Source: an uncultured Bacteroidales bacterium (lineage in GTDB: Bacteria; Bacteroidota; Bacteroidia; Bacteroidales; UBA3663). Taken from it: a DNA stretch of 64,000 nucleotides. The stretch lies in contig CACXTQ010000005.1 in NCBI GenBank assembly GCA_902770595.1, forward strand, positions 48,218 through 112,217, in the 5' to 3' direction. The position numbers were made by a program, and so were the translations under genes. Positions 45,522-55,558 of the stretch are shown here, piece after piece. Each line of letters begins with the position of its first letter. The first letter of the stretch is position 1. The notes under the pieces are model-generated. The model worked only from the letters and a program-made list of their open reading frames with translations. It had not been told where the DNA came from and ran no database searches.

Positions 45522-47468
45522 TTATGCATCAATTTCGGCGTATGTGGCGTTCTGCTCGATGAACTCACGTCGTGGAGCCACTTCTTCACCCATTAGGAGC
45601 GAGAAGGTCTGATCGGCCTGAATAGCATCCTCGATGTTGACCTGCTTCAGACGACGGTGAGCCGGATCCATGGTGGTGTCCCAAAGCTGCTCGGCATTCA
45701 TTTCACCCAGACCTTTGTATCGCTGGATCTTCACTCTGTCTTCCTTGCCTTGACCATAGTTCTGGAGGAAGGCATCACGCTCGGCATCGTCCCAGCAATA
45801 CTCATCGTACTTGCCGATGGTGCAGCGATAAAGCGGAGCCTGTGCGATATACACATATCCACCATCAATGAGTGGACGCATGTAGCGGAAGAAGAGGGTA
45901 AGGATGAGGGTGGCGATGTGCGCACCATCGACATCGGCATCGGTCATGATGATGACCTTGTGATAACGCAGGTTATCGACATCGAGCGTCTTGTCCTCAC
46001 GCAGGTTCACACGGAAGGCGCGGAACATGTTCTGAATCTCCTCCGAGTCGAGCATCTTATGGATAAGCACCTTCTCGACATTCAGGATCTTACCACGCAA
46101 CGGAAGGATGGCCTGATAGAAGCGATTGCGTCCCGACTTGGCCGTACCACCTGCCGAGTCACCCTCGACCAGGAAGATCTCGCATTCTTCGGGATTCTTG
46201 CTCGAGCAGTCGGCCAGTTTGCCTGGCAGGCCACCGCCTGTGAGCTTCGACTTCTTTTGCACATTCTCGCGTGCCTGACGGGCAGCGATACGTGCCTGGG
46301 CTGCCAGGACAACCTTCTCGATGATAATGTGAGCCTGTTCGGGATGTTCCTCCAGGTAATTGTCCATAGCCTTGCGCACAGCCTTCTGTACGGCAGGACG
46401 CACTTCCACATTACCCAGCTTGGTCTTGGTCTGACCTTCGAACTGTGGCTCGGCAACCTTCACGCTCACCACGGCGGTGAGACCCTCCTTGAAGTCCTCG
46501 GCCTTGATGTCGTTGGCAAGCTTGGCCTTCTCAAACATCTTTTCCTTGTTGCCGTACTCCTTCAGAGCGCCACCCAAGGCTGAACGGAAACCATCGAGGT
46601 GCGTACCGCCTTCGTAGGTGTTGATGTTGTTCACGAAGCTGTGGATCGTCTCCGAATAGCCGGTGTTGTAGGTCAGTGCCACTTCGACGGGCACACCATC
46701 GCTTTCGGTAATGAGGTGAATGATGTCGGGAATCAACGGAGTGCGGCTCTCGTCCATCCACTTCACGAATTCCTTCAAGCCCTCGGTGCTGTAGAACATC
46801 TGGAAACGGGGCTTGCCATCAGCCTGGACGGCCTCTGGACGCAGGTCAGTGAGTGAAAGTCGGATGCCCGTGTTCAGGTAGCAAAGGTCGCGCAGACGTT
46901 CTGCAAGACGATCCCATTCGAACACCGTCTCGGTGAAGATCGAGTCATCAGGATGGAAGATGATGGTTGTACCGGTATCTTCGGCATCGCCAATGATCTC
47001 CACACCCGTCACAGGCTTGCCGAAAGCATACTCCTGACGATAGATGTGACCCTGACGATGAACCTCGGCCACGAATTTATCCGACAAGGCATTGACGCAG
47101 CTCACGCCCACGCCATGGAGACCACCGGAAACCTTGTAGGTGTTCTTGTCGAACTTGCCACCAGCGTGCAGCACGGTCATAACAACCTCAAGAGCCGAAC
47201 GCTTCTCCTTCTGATGCATGTCCACAGGAATGCCTCGTCCGTCATCGACCACCTTGATGGTGTTTCCTGGGAGGATATAGACCTCGATATTGTGGCAATA
47301 GCCGGCCAGGGCCTCATCGATACAGTTATCGACCACCTCGCTGACGAGATGATGCAAACCCTTTACGCTGGTATCGCCAATATACATAGCCGGACGCTTG
47401 CGCACAGCTTCAAGACCCTCAAGGACTTGGATGTGACTGGCGTCGTAGTTGTTCTCAATCTGTGACAT
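45522..47468 (-). CDS. gyrB: DNA gyrase subunit B
   Basis: 648 aa. LEGLEAVRKRPAMYIGD, GLHHLV.EVVDN.IDEA, GGLHGVG and TOPRIM EIFLVEGDSAGG. Length and N-terminus fit GyrB rather than ParE. Confidence 0.85.
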   Translation of the reverse strand: MSQIENNYDASHIQVLEGLEAVRKRPAMYIGDTSVKGLHHLVSEVVDNCIDEALAGYCHNIEVYILPGNTIKVVDDGRGIPVDMHQKEKRSALEVVMTVLHAGGKFDKNTYKVSGGLHGVGVSCVNALSDKFVAEVHRQGHIYRQEYAFGKPVTGVEIIGDAEDTGTTIIFHPDDSIFTETVFEWDRLAERLRDLCYLNTGIRLSLTDLRPEAVQADGKPRFQMFYSTEGLKEFVKWMDESRTPLIPDIIHLITESDGVPVEVALTYNTGYSETIHSFVNNINTYEGGTHLDGFRSALGGALKEYGNKEKMFEKAKLANDIKAEDFKEGLTAVVSVKVAEPQFEGQTKTKLGNVEVRPAVQKAVRKAMDNYLEEHPEQAHIIIEKVVLAAQARIAARQARENVQKKSKLTGGGLPGKLADCSSKNPEECEIFLVEGDSAGGTAKSGRNRFYQAILPLRGKILNVEKVLIHKMLDSEEIQNMFRAFRVNLREDKTLDVDNLRYHKVIIMTDADVDGAHIATLILTLFFRYMRPLIDGGYVYIAQAPLYRCTIGKYDEYCWDDAERDAFLQNYGQGKEDRVKIQRYKGLGEMNAEQLWDTTMDPAHRRLKQVNIEDAIQADQTFSLLMGEEVAPRREFIEQNATYAEIDA

Positions 47469-47613
47469 GTTGTAAAATTGTGTTTTTTAGTTTTCTCCCG
47501 ATTATTCGGAAGAGTCATTCACGTGCGTACGCGCGCGTAATATAATAATGTCCGCAAGGTCCAATATGGGCACAATACGGGCATTATTGGGCACAAACGA
47601 CCCTCGTACAAGC

Positions 47614-47865
47614 TTACAGCTTGTTGACGTACTTGGCAAGCTTGGACTTGAGGTTACCAGCCTTGTTGGCGTGGATAACGTTCTTCTTAGCCAGCTTGTC
47701 GAGCATTGCAGATACCTTTGGGAGAGCTGCAGTTGCCTCAGCCTTGTCGGTAGTGGCACGGAGCTTGCGAACGGCGTTACGTGCAGTCTTGGCATAGTAA
47801 CGGTTTGCGGTGTTGCGGGTAATGGTCTGCTTGATGCGCTTCTTTGATGACTTGTGGTTTGCCAT
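47614..47865 (-). CDS. rpsT: 30S ribosomal protein S20
   Basis: 83 aa. [13 protein letters not shown]... is the basic S20 N-terminus. Confidence 0.95.
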   Translation of the reverse strand: MANHKSSKKRIKQTITRNTANRYYAKTARNAVRKLRATTDKAEATAALPKVSAMLDKLAKKNVIHANKAGNLKSKLAKYVNKL

Positions 47866-48103
47866 TGTTTTTTAATAGTTTTTGCGGCATTGGAGTTACA
47901 AGCGGCCGCGTATTGTTTGATAATTATTTTAAAATGTATTGCTCTCGCTCTTCCCCTCCGATGTCATCGTCAAGACGAAGCATCCAAAAGAACTCTCCAG
48001 CCAAGCACCGCCATGTCGCTCCCGCTGGTATTGCCCGATCACGAAGCCGGGACTTGCAGTGTACCAAGGTGCACTTTTTGGAGGAAAAGCCCAAAAGCGG
48101 GTG

Positions 48104-48111
48104 CAAAGATA
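48104..48111 (-). promoter_or_regulatory. -7 box TATCTTTG (minus strand), the only consensus promoter upstream of rpsT
   Basis: The plus strand reads caaagata, about 240 nt upstream of the rpsT ATG (47865). Confidence 0.5.
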
Positions 48112-48185
48112 GTTAAATTTTCTCATATATACAAACTTTTTTGAAGAAAAATCGAAGAAAACTTTGTTTTTAAAGCGAAATGCGC

Positions 48186-48193
48186 TATATTTG
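48186..48193 (+). promoter_or_regulatory. -7 box TATATTTG upstream of recO
   Basis: 52 nt before the ATG at 48245, divergent from the rpsT box. Confidence 0.55.
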
Positions 48194-48244
48194 CACGCAA
48201 ATTTGACAATCGAAACTAACAAACTTTGCTGCCGCGTTTTCATA

Positions 48245-48985
48245 ATGGCCAACGAAATCGATAAGACACAAGCCATTGTACTCTCCACAGTACCCATCAA
48301 CGACCATTCGCAGTTCGTGCATCTCTACACCGAGCAATATGGTCGGATGACGTGTCGTATTCCCTTGGCTTCGAAAGGCAAACGTGCTAACCGTCTGCGA
48401 ACGATGATGACGTCCATGACCGTGCTCGACCTGGTGCTCAATGGAAATCCCTCCGACGAAATACGGTCCATAGGCGAAGCACAAATCGTGCAGTCGCCCT
48501 ATATGCTCACCCTCAGCCATCCCGACAAGTCGGCACAATGTCTCTATATGGCCGAACTCATCGCCCATACGGTGCGTGAGGAGGAAGCCAACCCGCGTCT
48601 CTGGGACTACATCCTCGCCAGTCTGACGATACTCGAGCAATGCGAAGCGGGATGGGCCAATTTTCACCTCATCTTCACCTGCGGACTCATCGCCCAGCTC
48701 GGCTTCAGCGTCGATACCAGCAATTATGAGCAAGGGTGTCGCTTCGACCTTGTCGAAGGCATCTTCACCACAAACCCCATCCTCCATCCCTATTACCTCA
48801 ACGAGGAATCTGCCCGATGGTTTTGTAAGCTCTTCGACACGCACTACGACACGATGCAGCAGCTCGACGTCAATCGTGCAGGGCGCGACTATCTGCTCGA
48901 CACCCTGCTCATTTTCCTGGGCCAGCACATCCCTGAAATGGGGCGTCTGAAAAGTGTCGATGTGCTCAAATCACTTTTTGAATGA
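48245..48985 (+). CDS. recO: DNA repair protein RecO
   Basis: Start trimmed to MANEIDKTQAIVLSTVPINDHSQFVHLYTEQYGRM (OB fold). 246 aa. Confidence 0.8.
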   Translation: MANEIDKTQAIVLSTVPINDHSQFVHLYTEQYGRMTCRIPLASKGKRANRLRTMMTSMTVLDLVLNGNPSDEIRSIGEAQIVQSPYMLTLSHPDKSAQCLYMAELIAHTVREEEANPRLWDYILASLTILEQCEAGWANFHLIFTCGLIAQLGFSVDTSNYEQGCRFDLVEGIFTTNPILHPYYLNEESARWFCKLFDTHYDTMQQLDVNRAGRDYLLDTLLIFLGQHIPEMGRLKSVDVLKSLFE

Positions 48986-49025
48986 TTTTTTCGTCACACT
49001 TCTTGACTTTCTCAATTTTTCTTTG

Positions 49026-49033
49026 TATCTTTG
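49026..49033 (+). promoter_or_regulatory. -7 box TATCTTTG
   Basis: 33 nt before the ATG at 49066. Confidence 0.55.
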
Positions 49034-49065
49034 CACCGGAAAAAACCGACTAAACTAATTCCACT

Positions 49066-50649
49066 ATGTATAAGCTTCTCAGACTCCTTCTCGTGTTCTG
49101 CATCACCCTCGGTATCGGCACCAGTTGTCAACCAGATGCGCCCGTGATCACCATCATCCACACCAACGACACCCATTCGCAGTTCGAGCCAGGCAAGACG
49201 CGCCAAGGCACCGTACAGGGCGGCGTCGTGGAACGTGCATCAATGCTTCAGTACTTCCGCCAACAGGATCCCGACCTGCTTTATTTCGATGCTGGCGATA
49301 TGTTCCAGGGTTCACCCTACTTCAACATCTTCAATGGCGAGCTCGAGATACTGTGCATGAACCAGCAGCAACTGGTGGCCGGCACATTGGGCAACCATGA
49401 GTTCGACAACGGCTTGGAATTCCTCGGCGAAATGCTGGCGAAAGCCAACTTCCCCATGCTGAGCTGCAACTACCATTGCGAAGGCACGCCTCTCGAAAGC
49501 CATATTCTCCCCCACCTCATCCTTGAACGCCATGGCGTAAAGATTGGTGTGACGGGCGTCACCGTGTCGCCCGAAGGACTAATCGCCAACCGTAACTGGA
49601 AAGGCATCACGTTCGAGGATCCACGCACAGCAGTCAATCGCGAAGCCGATTTCCTGCGCGGCGAAGGCTGCGACCTCGTCATCGTATTGAGTCACCTGGG
49701 CTACCTTCCCAACCCCAAGACCGATAGCGAAAGCGAGAGCGTGCTTGACAACGACCTTGTTCCTTCCATCCACGGCGTTGACATCATCATCGGCAGCCAC
49801 ACTCACTACAACATTGAGGAGGGCGTCTATATCAACGACGCCGACGAACAGCCCGTACTCGTCACCCAGACCGGCGGCAAGATGCTGCCCATGGGCTTCC
49901 TGAAGATAACCATGCAGAAAGGCAGCCGCTATCCCAAATGCAAATACAGCGTATCCACCATCGAATGCAAGAAACTGCATCCCGAGGACTATGACCTCAG
50001 CCCATACGGTCAGGAGATGCGCGATGTCATTGCACCCTATCAGCAAGCCCTCGTCGACCAGATGAATGTGCGACTGGGAACTGCCCCCGAACCCCTGGTC
50101 AAGGGCAAGCCGCAGAGCACCTTGGGTAACTTCGTGGCTGATTCCTACATTCAGATTGGCCAGAAGAAGACCGGCAAGAAGGTCGATTTTGCCATTGCTA
50201 ACCTTGGTGGTCTGCGCTCAGAGATCGATGCCGGTGACGTGACCGTCGGCACGATGTTCAACATCTTCCCCTTCGAAAACAAGATTGTCGTGCTGGGCCT
50301 CAAGGGCAGCGACCTCAAGCAGCTCATTGAAAGCAACGCCGGACGCAAGCTCGATGCTACAGGTGGTGCCGTCATCACACTCGAAATGGATGGCGACCGC
50401 TGCATCGCTTCCAACATCCTGATAGGAGGCAAGCCCATCAACCCCAACAAGATCTATTATGTCAGCACGCTCGACTTCCTGGCCGAAGGCAACAGCGGCA
50501 TGTCGGCGTTGACACGCGCCGTCGAGACCTACGACCCCAACATCTCGGCCCGCGACGCAATGATCGAATACGTCAAGGAACTTGATGCAGCCGGCAAGAC
50601 TGTAAGCGCCAAGATTGATGGTCGTGTCATCGACAAGACCAAACCATAA
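49066..50649 (+). CDS. Bifunctional metallophosphatase/5'-nucleotidase lipoprotein (UshA-like)
   Basis: 527 aa. Lipobox LGIGTSC; HTNDTHS, GDMFQGSP and GNHEFD metallophosphoesterase motifs; C-terminal 5'-nucleotidase domain. Confidence 0.88.
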   Translation: MYKLLRLLLVFCITLGIGTSCQPDAPVITIIHTNDTHSQFEPGKTRQGTVQGGVVERASMLQYFRQQDPDLLYFDAGDMFQGSPYFNIFNGELEILCMNQQQLVAGTLGNHEFDNGLEFLGEMLAKANFPMLSCNYHCEGTPLESHILPHLILERHGVKIGVTGVTVSPEGLIANRNWKGITFEDPRTAVNREADFLRGEGCDLVIVLSHLGYLPNPKTDSESESVLDNDLVPSIHGVDIIIGSHTHYNIEEGVYINDADEQPVLVTQTGGKMLPMGFLKITMQKGSRYPKCKYSVSTIECKKLHPEDYDLSPYGQEMRDVIAPYQQALVDQMNVRLGTAPEPLVKGKPQSTLGNFVADSYIQIGQKKTGKKVDFAIANLGGLRSEIDAGDVTVGTMFNIFPFENKIVVLGLKGSDLKQLIESNAGRKLDATGGAVITLEMDGDRCIASNILIGGKPINPNKIYYVSTLDFLAEGNSGMSALTRAVETYDPNISARDAMIEYVKELDAAGKTVSAKIDGRVIDKTKP

Positions 50650-50680
50650 TTTTTCTGATTATAGGTACCCAAGAAACTGT

Positions 50681-53248
50681 ATGTTCAAACTTAATTTCTA
50701 TGATATCGAATGCCATCGTCGTGCACGACGATGGCTCGTCTTAATTGGCTTGTTTGCCCTCTGTTCGACGAATCTCCTTGGGCAGAACATGCTTCGAAAA
50801 GTGGATCAGGAGAAGATGAAGGAGTGGGTCGATGAACAGATGGAGAAACTCACTCCCGAGCAAAGGTTGGGCCAGCTCGTCATACCGCTCTATTATATGC
50901 CAGATGCCACAAAGGCCAACCTCAACAGCATTACCCTCGACATCCAGGAGTATCATTTCGGTGGAGCCTTATTGAGCAAAGGCTCCATGGCCACCCACGC
51001 CAAACTCGTCAACCGCCTCCAGGAGGTTGCACAGGAAGAGGGTCTGCCCGGTATGATGATCTGTATCGACGGAGAATGGGGCCTGGCCATGCGTCTAAGC
51101 GATGCCATCAAGTACCCCCGCAACGGCGCACTCGGCAAGATCAACGAAGACGTACGCGACACGCTATGTTATATGTATGGTTTCGAAGTGGGTCGCCAGT
51201 GCCGTGAACTCGGCATTCAGGTCAACTTCGCCCCTGTACTCGACGTCAACACCAATCCCAAGAACCCCGTCATCGGAACACGTTCGTTCGGCAATAACCC
51301 CGAACTTGTCAGCCTCGCTGCATCGAGTTATGCACGAGGTCTGGAAGATGCTGGCGTACTGGCCGTCGGGAAACATTTCCCGGGTCATGGCGACACCCAA
51401 ACCGATTCGCACACATCTTTGCCGAAGCTCTCGCATAGTGTGAATCGATTGAATGAGGTGGAACTGCCCCCATTCCAGCACTTCATCAACCAAGGACTGG
51501 GCGGCATCATGACAGCCCACCTCGACGTGCCAGCATTGGCCGAAAAGAAAGGAATGCCGGCCACCGTCAGCAAGCGTATCATCACTAACATTCTGCGCAA
51601 CACCATGCACTTCGACGGACTTGTCTTCACCGACGGCTTGGCGATGGTAGGTGCCAAATACAAGGATGTCTGCATCAACGCACTTCTCGCGGGCTGCGAC
51701 ATCCTGGTGCAACCCACACCCCAGAAGACACAGATGAATGCGTTACGCAATGCACTCAAGAAAGGTTACAAGGGCAATGGTTACAAGCTTACCGCCCAGG
51801 AATTCCAGCAAATAGTGGACGAGAAATGCCGTCGTGTGCTCGAATGGAAATATGCCTTGGGTCTCGACCAGCCTCAGATGGTCGAGGTGGAAGGCCTGGC
51901 CGAGCGTGTCAACTCTGAATTTGCGGTTCACCTGAAGGATGAACTCCAGCGACTGAGTGGCAATTCCGGTCTCGTGGAATACGATCCTACCTTGCAGAAC
52001 CAGTTCAACGACATCGCTATGACCGAAGTCGCAAGCGAGTCCGCCGAACCGGCTGTAAAAGAAGAGGTTTTGGAAACCTTTGAGCCTCCCTACCCGCTCA
52101 TTGCCTTACCTACGGCCACCCCGCAGCAGGTGGGTATGGATATCAATCGGCTTGGCGAAGTGTCCAGGCTTGCCAACGAGTTCGTCAACTCGGGTGCAGT
52201 GCCAGGTTGCCAGATCATCGTGATTCGCAAGAACAAGGTGGTCTATGACCAGACGTTCGGACGGGTGGGCGGCAACCACGCGCAGAATCCTTACGGCGAC
52301 CGACCCGTTACGGCCGAAACCATGTACGACCTCGCGTCGCTCAGCAAGGTGCTGGGCACCGTGCCCGCCATCATGCTGCTGGTCGACGACCACAAGATCA
52401 GGCTTCGCGACCGCATCACCAAGTGGCTGCCCGAGCTCAAGGGCACACATTATGCCAAAGTCACCGTCCAGGACCTCCTCTACCACGAGTCGGGACTGAG
52501 GTCAACCTATTCTTTCTACAAGCTCACCGAGACGCCTGATTCGATCTTCCGCTCCAAGACCATGCTGCAGACCATCGCCACGCTGGACCCCAAACGCAAA
52601 TTGGGCCGATATCTGTACTCCGACCTCAGTTTCGTGCTCCTCCGTTACATCGTCGAGCGGCAGACCGGCGAACGTCTCGACCTGTTCCTCGAACGTCGTC
52701 TACCCGACTTCTACGGTCCCTGGTGCTGTTATAATCCCTTGCAGCATGGTGTTCACCGCGGAGCCATCGCTCCCACCGAGCAGGATGACGTCGTCCGCCA
52801 CCGCTTCATCCACGGCACCGTCCACGACGAGACGGGCGCATGGGCATTGGGCATCGAGGGCAATTCGGGTCTCTTCGCTTCAGCCGAGGCACTGGCTCCG
52901 CTCATCCAGATGATTGCCAATGGTGGAGAACTGGGCGGCAAACGCTACTTGTCGAAGGAGACCTGCCGGCTGTTCACAACGCAGCGTTCGCCCCACAGTC
53001 GCCGTGGACTGGGCTTCGACCGACAGAGCGCAGAACTCGACAATCCCAACCTCCCCGAGGTGTGCAGCCCGCAAACCTGGGGACATACGGGTTTCACCGG
53101 CACGTGCTTCTGGGTCGATCCCAAGCGTGAACTCACCTACATCTTCCTTTCCAACAAGATTTGTCCCGTACGCGACAATAAGGCCTGGACCGATGGGCAT
53201 GTGCGCCCACGCATTCTTCAGGCCATCTACGATGCGCTAAAAAGATAA
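50681..53248 (+). CDS. Fusion protein: GH3 N-terminal (NagZ-like beta-N-acetylhexosaminidase) domain + class-C-like serine beta-lactamase/PBP domain
   Basis: Start trimmed to MFKLNFY (ATG 50681). KHFPGHGDT...DSH (GH3), then ASLSKV (SxxK) and HTGFTG (KTG-like). Confidence 0.8.
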   Translation: MFKLNFYDIECHRRARRWLVLIGLFALCSTNLLGQNMLRKVDQEKMKEWVDEQMEKLTPEQRLGQLVIPLYYMPDATKANLNSITLDIQEYHFGGALLSKGSMATHAKLVNRLQEVAQEEGLPGMMICIDGEWGLAMRLSDAIKYPRNGALGKINEDVRDTLCYMYGFEVGRQCRELGIQVNFAPVLDVNTNPKNPVIGTRSFGNNPELVSLAASSYARGLEDAGVLAVGKHFPGHGDTQTDSHTSLPKLSHSVNRLNEVELPPFQHFINQGLGGIMTAHLDVPALAEKKGMPATVSKRIITNILRNTMHFDGLVFTDGLAMVGAKYKDVCINALLAGCDILVQPTPQKTQMNALRNALKKGYKGNGYKLTAQEFQQIVDEKCRRVLEWKYALGLDQPQMVEVEGLAERVNSEFAVHLKDELQRLSGNSGLVEYDPTLQNQFNDIAMTEVASESAEPAVKEEVLETFEPPYPLIALPTATPQQVGMDINRLGEVSRLANEFVNSGAVPGCQIIVIRKNKVVYDQTFGRVGGNHAQNPYGDRPVTAETMYDLASLSKVLGTVPAIMLLVDDHKIRLRDRITKWLPELKGTHYAKVTVQDLLYHESGLRSTYSFYKLTETPDSIFRSKTMLQTIATLDPKRKLGRYLYSDLSFVLLRYIVERQTGERLDLFLERRLPDFYGPWCCYNPLQHGVHRGAIAPTEQDDVVRHRFIHGTVHDETGAWALGIEGNSGLFASAEALAPLIQMIANGGELGGKRYLSKETCRLFTTQRSPHSRRGLGFDRQSAELDNPNLPEVCSPQTWGHTGFTGTCFWVDPKRELTYIFLSNKICPVRDNKAWTDGHVRPRILQAIYDALKR

Positions 53249-53274
53249 CTTCGAGAAAGCAAAATAAAGAAAAA

Positions 53275-53313
53275 AACCGCGAAAAAGACAGATTTCCGAA
53301 GCTTTTCGCGGTT
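53275..53313 (+). terminator. Intrinsic terminator
   Basis: aaccgcgaaaa pairs with ttttcgcggtt, followed by a T-run. Confidence 0.75.
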
Positions 53314-53340
53314 TTTCTTGTATAATCATCGTCGATTGAT

Positions 53341-53348
53341 TAACTTTG
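53341..53348 (+). promoter_or_regulatory. -7 box TAACTTTG upstream of the oad operon
   Basis: Matches TAnnTTTG, 52 nt before the ATG at 53400. Confidence 0.5.
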
Positions 53349-53399
53349 CACACTGAGAGTATACCAGCGTTCCAAAACATATTCAAACAAATTTACTAT

Positions 53400-53666
53400 A
53401 TGGAAGGATTACAGCCTATGGAAACCGCCCTGCTGCTAATGATAGTCGGCATGGGCACTGTGTTCATTATTCTGATCCTGATCATCTACCTTTCCAGGCT
53501 GATGATTATGGCCGTCAACAAGTTCGCTCCTGAAGAGGAGGTTGCGCCCAAGAAGGCCGCCGCTCCTGCTCCAGCTGCCGTTCCTGCCAACATTGAGGCC
53601 GCTATCAAGGCCGCCGTTGCCCAAGTGGCTCCAAAGGCAATGGTTACAAAAATTACAAAGGGCTAA
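53400..53666 (+). CDS. oadG: OadG-family small membrane subunit of Na+-translocating decarboxylase
   Basis: Start trimmed to MEGLQPMETALLLMIVGMGTVFIILILI...; Ala/Pro-rich linker. Confidence 0.7.
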   Translation: MEGLQPMETALLLMIVGMGTVFIILILIIYLSRLMIMAVNKFAPEEEVAPKKAAAPAPAAVPANIEAAIKAAVAQVAPKAMVTKITKG

Positions 53667-53707
53667 TTAAGAACTCCTAAAAAAGAAATTGCATTTACAA
53701 GAAAATT

Positions 53708-55543
53708 ATGGCAAAAGAAGTTAAGTTTTCGCTTGTCTTCCGTGACATGTGGCAGAGTGCTGGCAAGTACCAGCCTCGCGTTGACCAGCTCGTTAAGGTA
53801 GCCCCCAAAATCATCGAGATGGGCTGCTGGGACCGTGTAGAAACCAATGGCGGTGGCTTCGAGCAAGTTAACCTTCTCTATGGTGAGAATCCTAACCGTT
53901 CGGTTCGTGAGTGGACCAAGCCCTTCCACGAGGCTGGCATCCAGACCCATATGCTCGACCGTGCACTCAATGCCCTCCGCATGTTCCCATGCTCCAAGGA
54001 CCTCCGCAAGCTCTTCTACGTCGTGAAGAAGAAGCAGGGCACCGACATCACCCGTATCTTCTGCGGCCTTAATGACCCTCGCAACGTCATTCCATCCATC
54101 GGATATGCCAAGGAGGCAGGCATGATTGCACAGGCTGCCCTCTGCATCACTTTCTCTCCTATTCATACTGTTGAATACTATGTCAACCTCGCCAAGAAGT
54201 TCATCGAGGCTGGCGCCGACGAAATCTGTCTGAAGGACATGGCTGGCATCGGCCGTCCCGATAGCCTCGGCAAGATCGTTGCCGGCATCAAGGACTACAA
54301 GAAGGACATCATCATTCAGTACCACTCGCACGCTGGTCCAGGCTTCAACACTGCCTCCATCCTCGAGGTTTGCAAGGCTGGTTGCGACTACATCGACTGC
54401 GGCATGTCACCTCTCTCTTGGGGTACAGGTCACGCCGACGTCATCACCGTACAGGAGATGCTCAAGGATGCAGGCTTCAAGGTGAAGGACATCAACATGA
54501 AGGCTTACATGGAAGTGCGCACCCAGATCCAGGAGATGATGGACGACTTCCTTGGCTACTATATTCCCGCGCTCAACCACCTCAACAACTCGCTGCTCGT
54601 CAAGCCAGGTCTCCCCGGCGGCATGATGGGTTCGCTGATGACCGACCTGGAAGAGAACCTCGAAGGCCTCAACCGTTGGAAGGAAAAGAACGGCCAGCCC
54701 AAGCTCACCACCGACAACCTGCTCATCAAGTTGTTCGATGAAGTGGCTTACGTTTGGCCTCGCGTGGGCTATCCCTGCCTCGTGACACCATTCAGCCAGT
54801 ATGTCAAGAACCTCGCCCTTATGAATGTCATGCAGATGGAGAAGGGCAAGGAGCGCTGGAGCCTCATCGCCGACAACATCTGGGATATGATTCTCGGCAA
54901 GTCGGGCCAGCTGCCCGGACCCGTTGCTCCCGAGCTCGTGAAGCTTGCTGAGAGCCAGGGCCGCAAGTTCGAGACCGAAGACCCACAGACCTATGCACCC
55001 GACTGCCTCGACGAATTCCGCGCCAAGATGAAAGCCAACGGTTGGCCTCTCGGTGAGGATGACGAGGAGCTCTTCGAATACGCCATGCACCCATCGCAGT
55101 ACGAAGCCTACAAGAGTGGCAAGGCCAAGGCCGACTTCGAGGAGGATCTGGCCAAGCGCAAGGCTGCCAAGAATGCTCCTTCGGGCGAGATCAAGGCTCA
55201 GGACCTCAAAGTCACCGTCAATGGTGAAGTTTATACCGTAAGCATTGCTCCCAACGATGGTTCAGCTCCCGCTGCTGCTCCTGCCGCTGGTGCTCCCGTA
55301 GCCGCTGGTGAAGGTGCCGACGTACTCGCTCCGCTCGAGGGTAAGTTCTTCCTCGTCAAGAACGCTTCCGAAGTTCCTGTGAAGGTAGGTGATATGGTGA
55401 AGAAAGGTCAGACCATCGGTTACATCGAGGCCATGAAGACCTACAACGCCGTGGCTGCCGACTGCGACGGTCAGATCACCGCCATCCTCGCCAACCCAGG
55501 CGACAAGGTATTTGAGGACGACCCCATCTTCAAGATCAAGTGA
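53708..55543 (+). CDS. oadA: Oxaloacetate decarboxylase alpha subunit / transcarboxylase 5S-type carboxyltransferase with C-terminal biotinyl domain
   Basis: 611 aa. TIM-barrel carboxyltransferase region (RDMWQS, HSHAGPG), Ala/Pro linker, and biotin site IEAMKT. Confidence 0.85.
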   Translation: MAKEVKFSLVFRDMWQSAGKYQPRVDQLVKVAPKIIEMGCWDRVETNGGGFEQVNLLYGENPNRSVREWTKPFHEAGIQTHMLDRALNALRMFPCSKDLRKLFYVVKKKQGTDITRIFCGLNDPRNVIPSIGYAKEAGMIAQAALCITFSPIHTVEYYVNLAKKFIEAGADEICLKDMAGIGRPDSLGKIVAGIKDYKKDIIIQYHSHAGPGFNTASILEVCKAGCDYIDCGMSPLSWGTGHADVITVQEMLKDAGFKVKDINMKAYMEVRTQIQEMMDDFLGYYIPALNHLNNSLLVKPGLPGGMMGSLMTDLEENLEGLNRWKEKNGQPKLTTDNLLIKLFDEVAYVWPRVGYPCLVTPFSQYVKNLALMNVMQMEKGKERWSLIADNIWDMILGKSGQLPGPVAPELVKLAESQGRKFETEDPQTYAPDCLDEFRAKMKANGWPLGEDDEELFEYAMHPSQYEAYKSGKAKADFEEDLAKRKAAKNAPSGEIKAQDLKVTVNGEVYTVSIAPNDGSAPAAAPAAGAPVAAGEGADVLAPLEGKFFLVKNASEVPVKVGDMVKKGQTIGYIEAMKTYNAVAADCDGQITAILANPGDKVFEDDPIFKIK

Positions 55544-55558
55544 TTTCAAGCAATTAAT

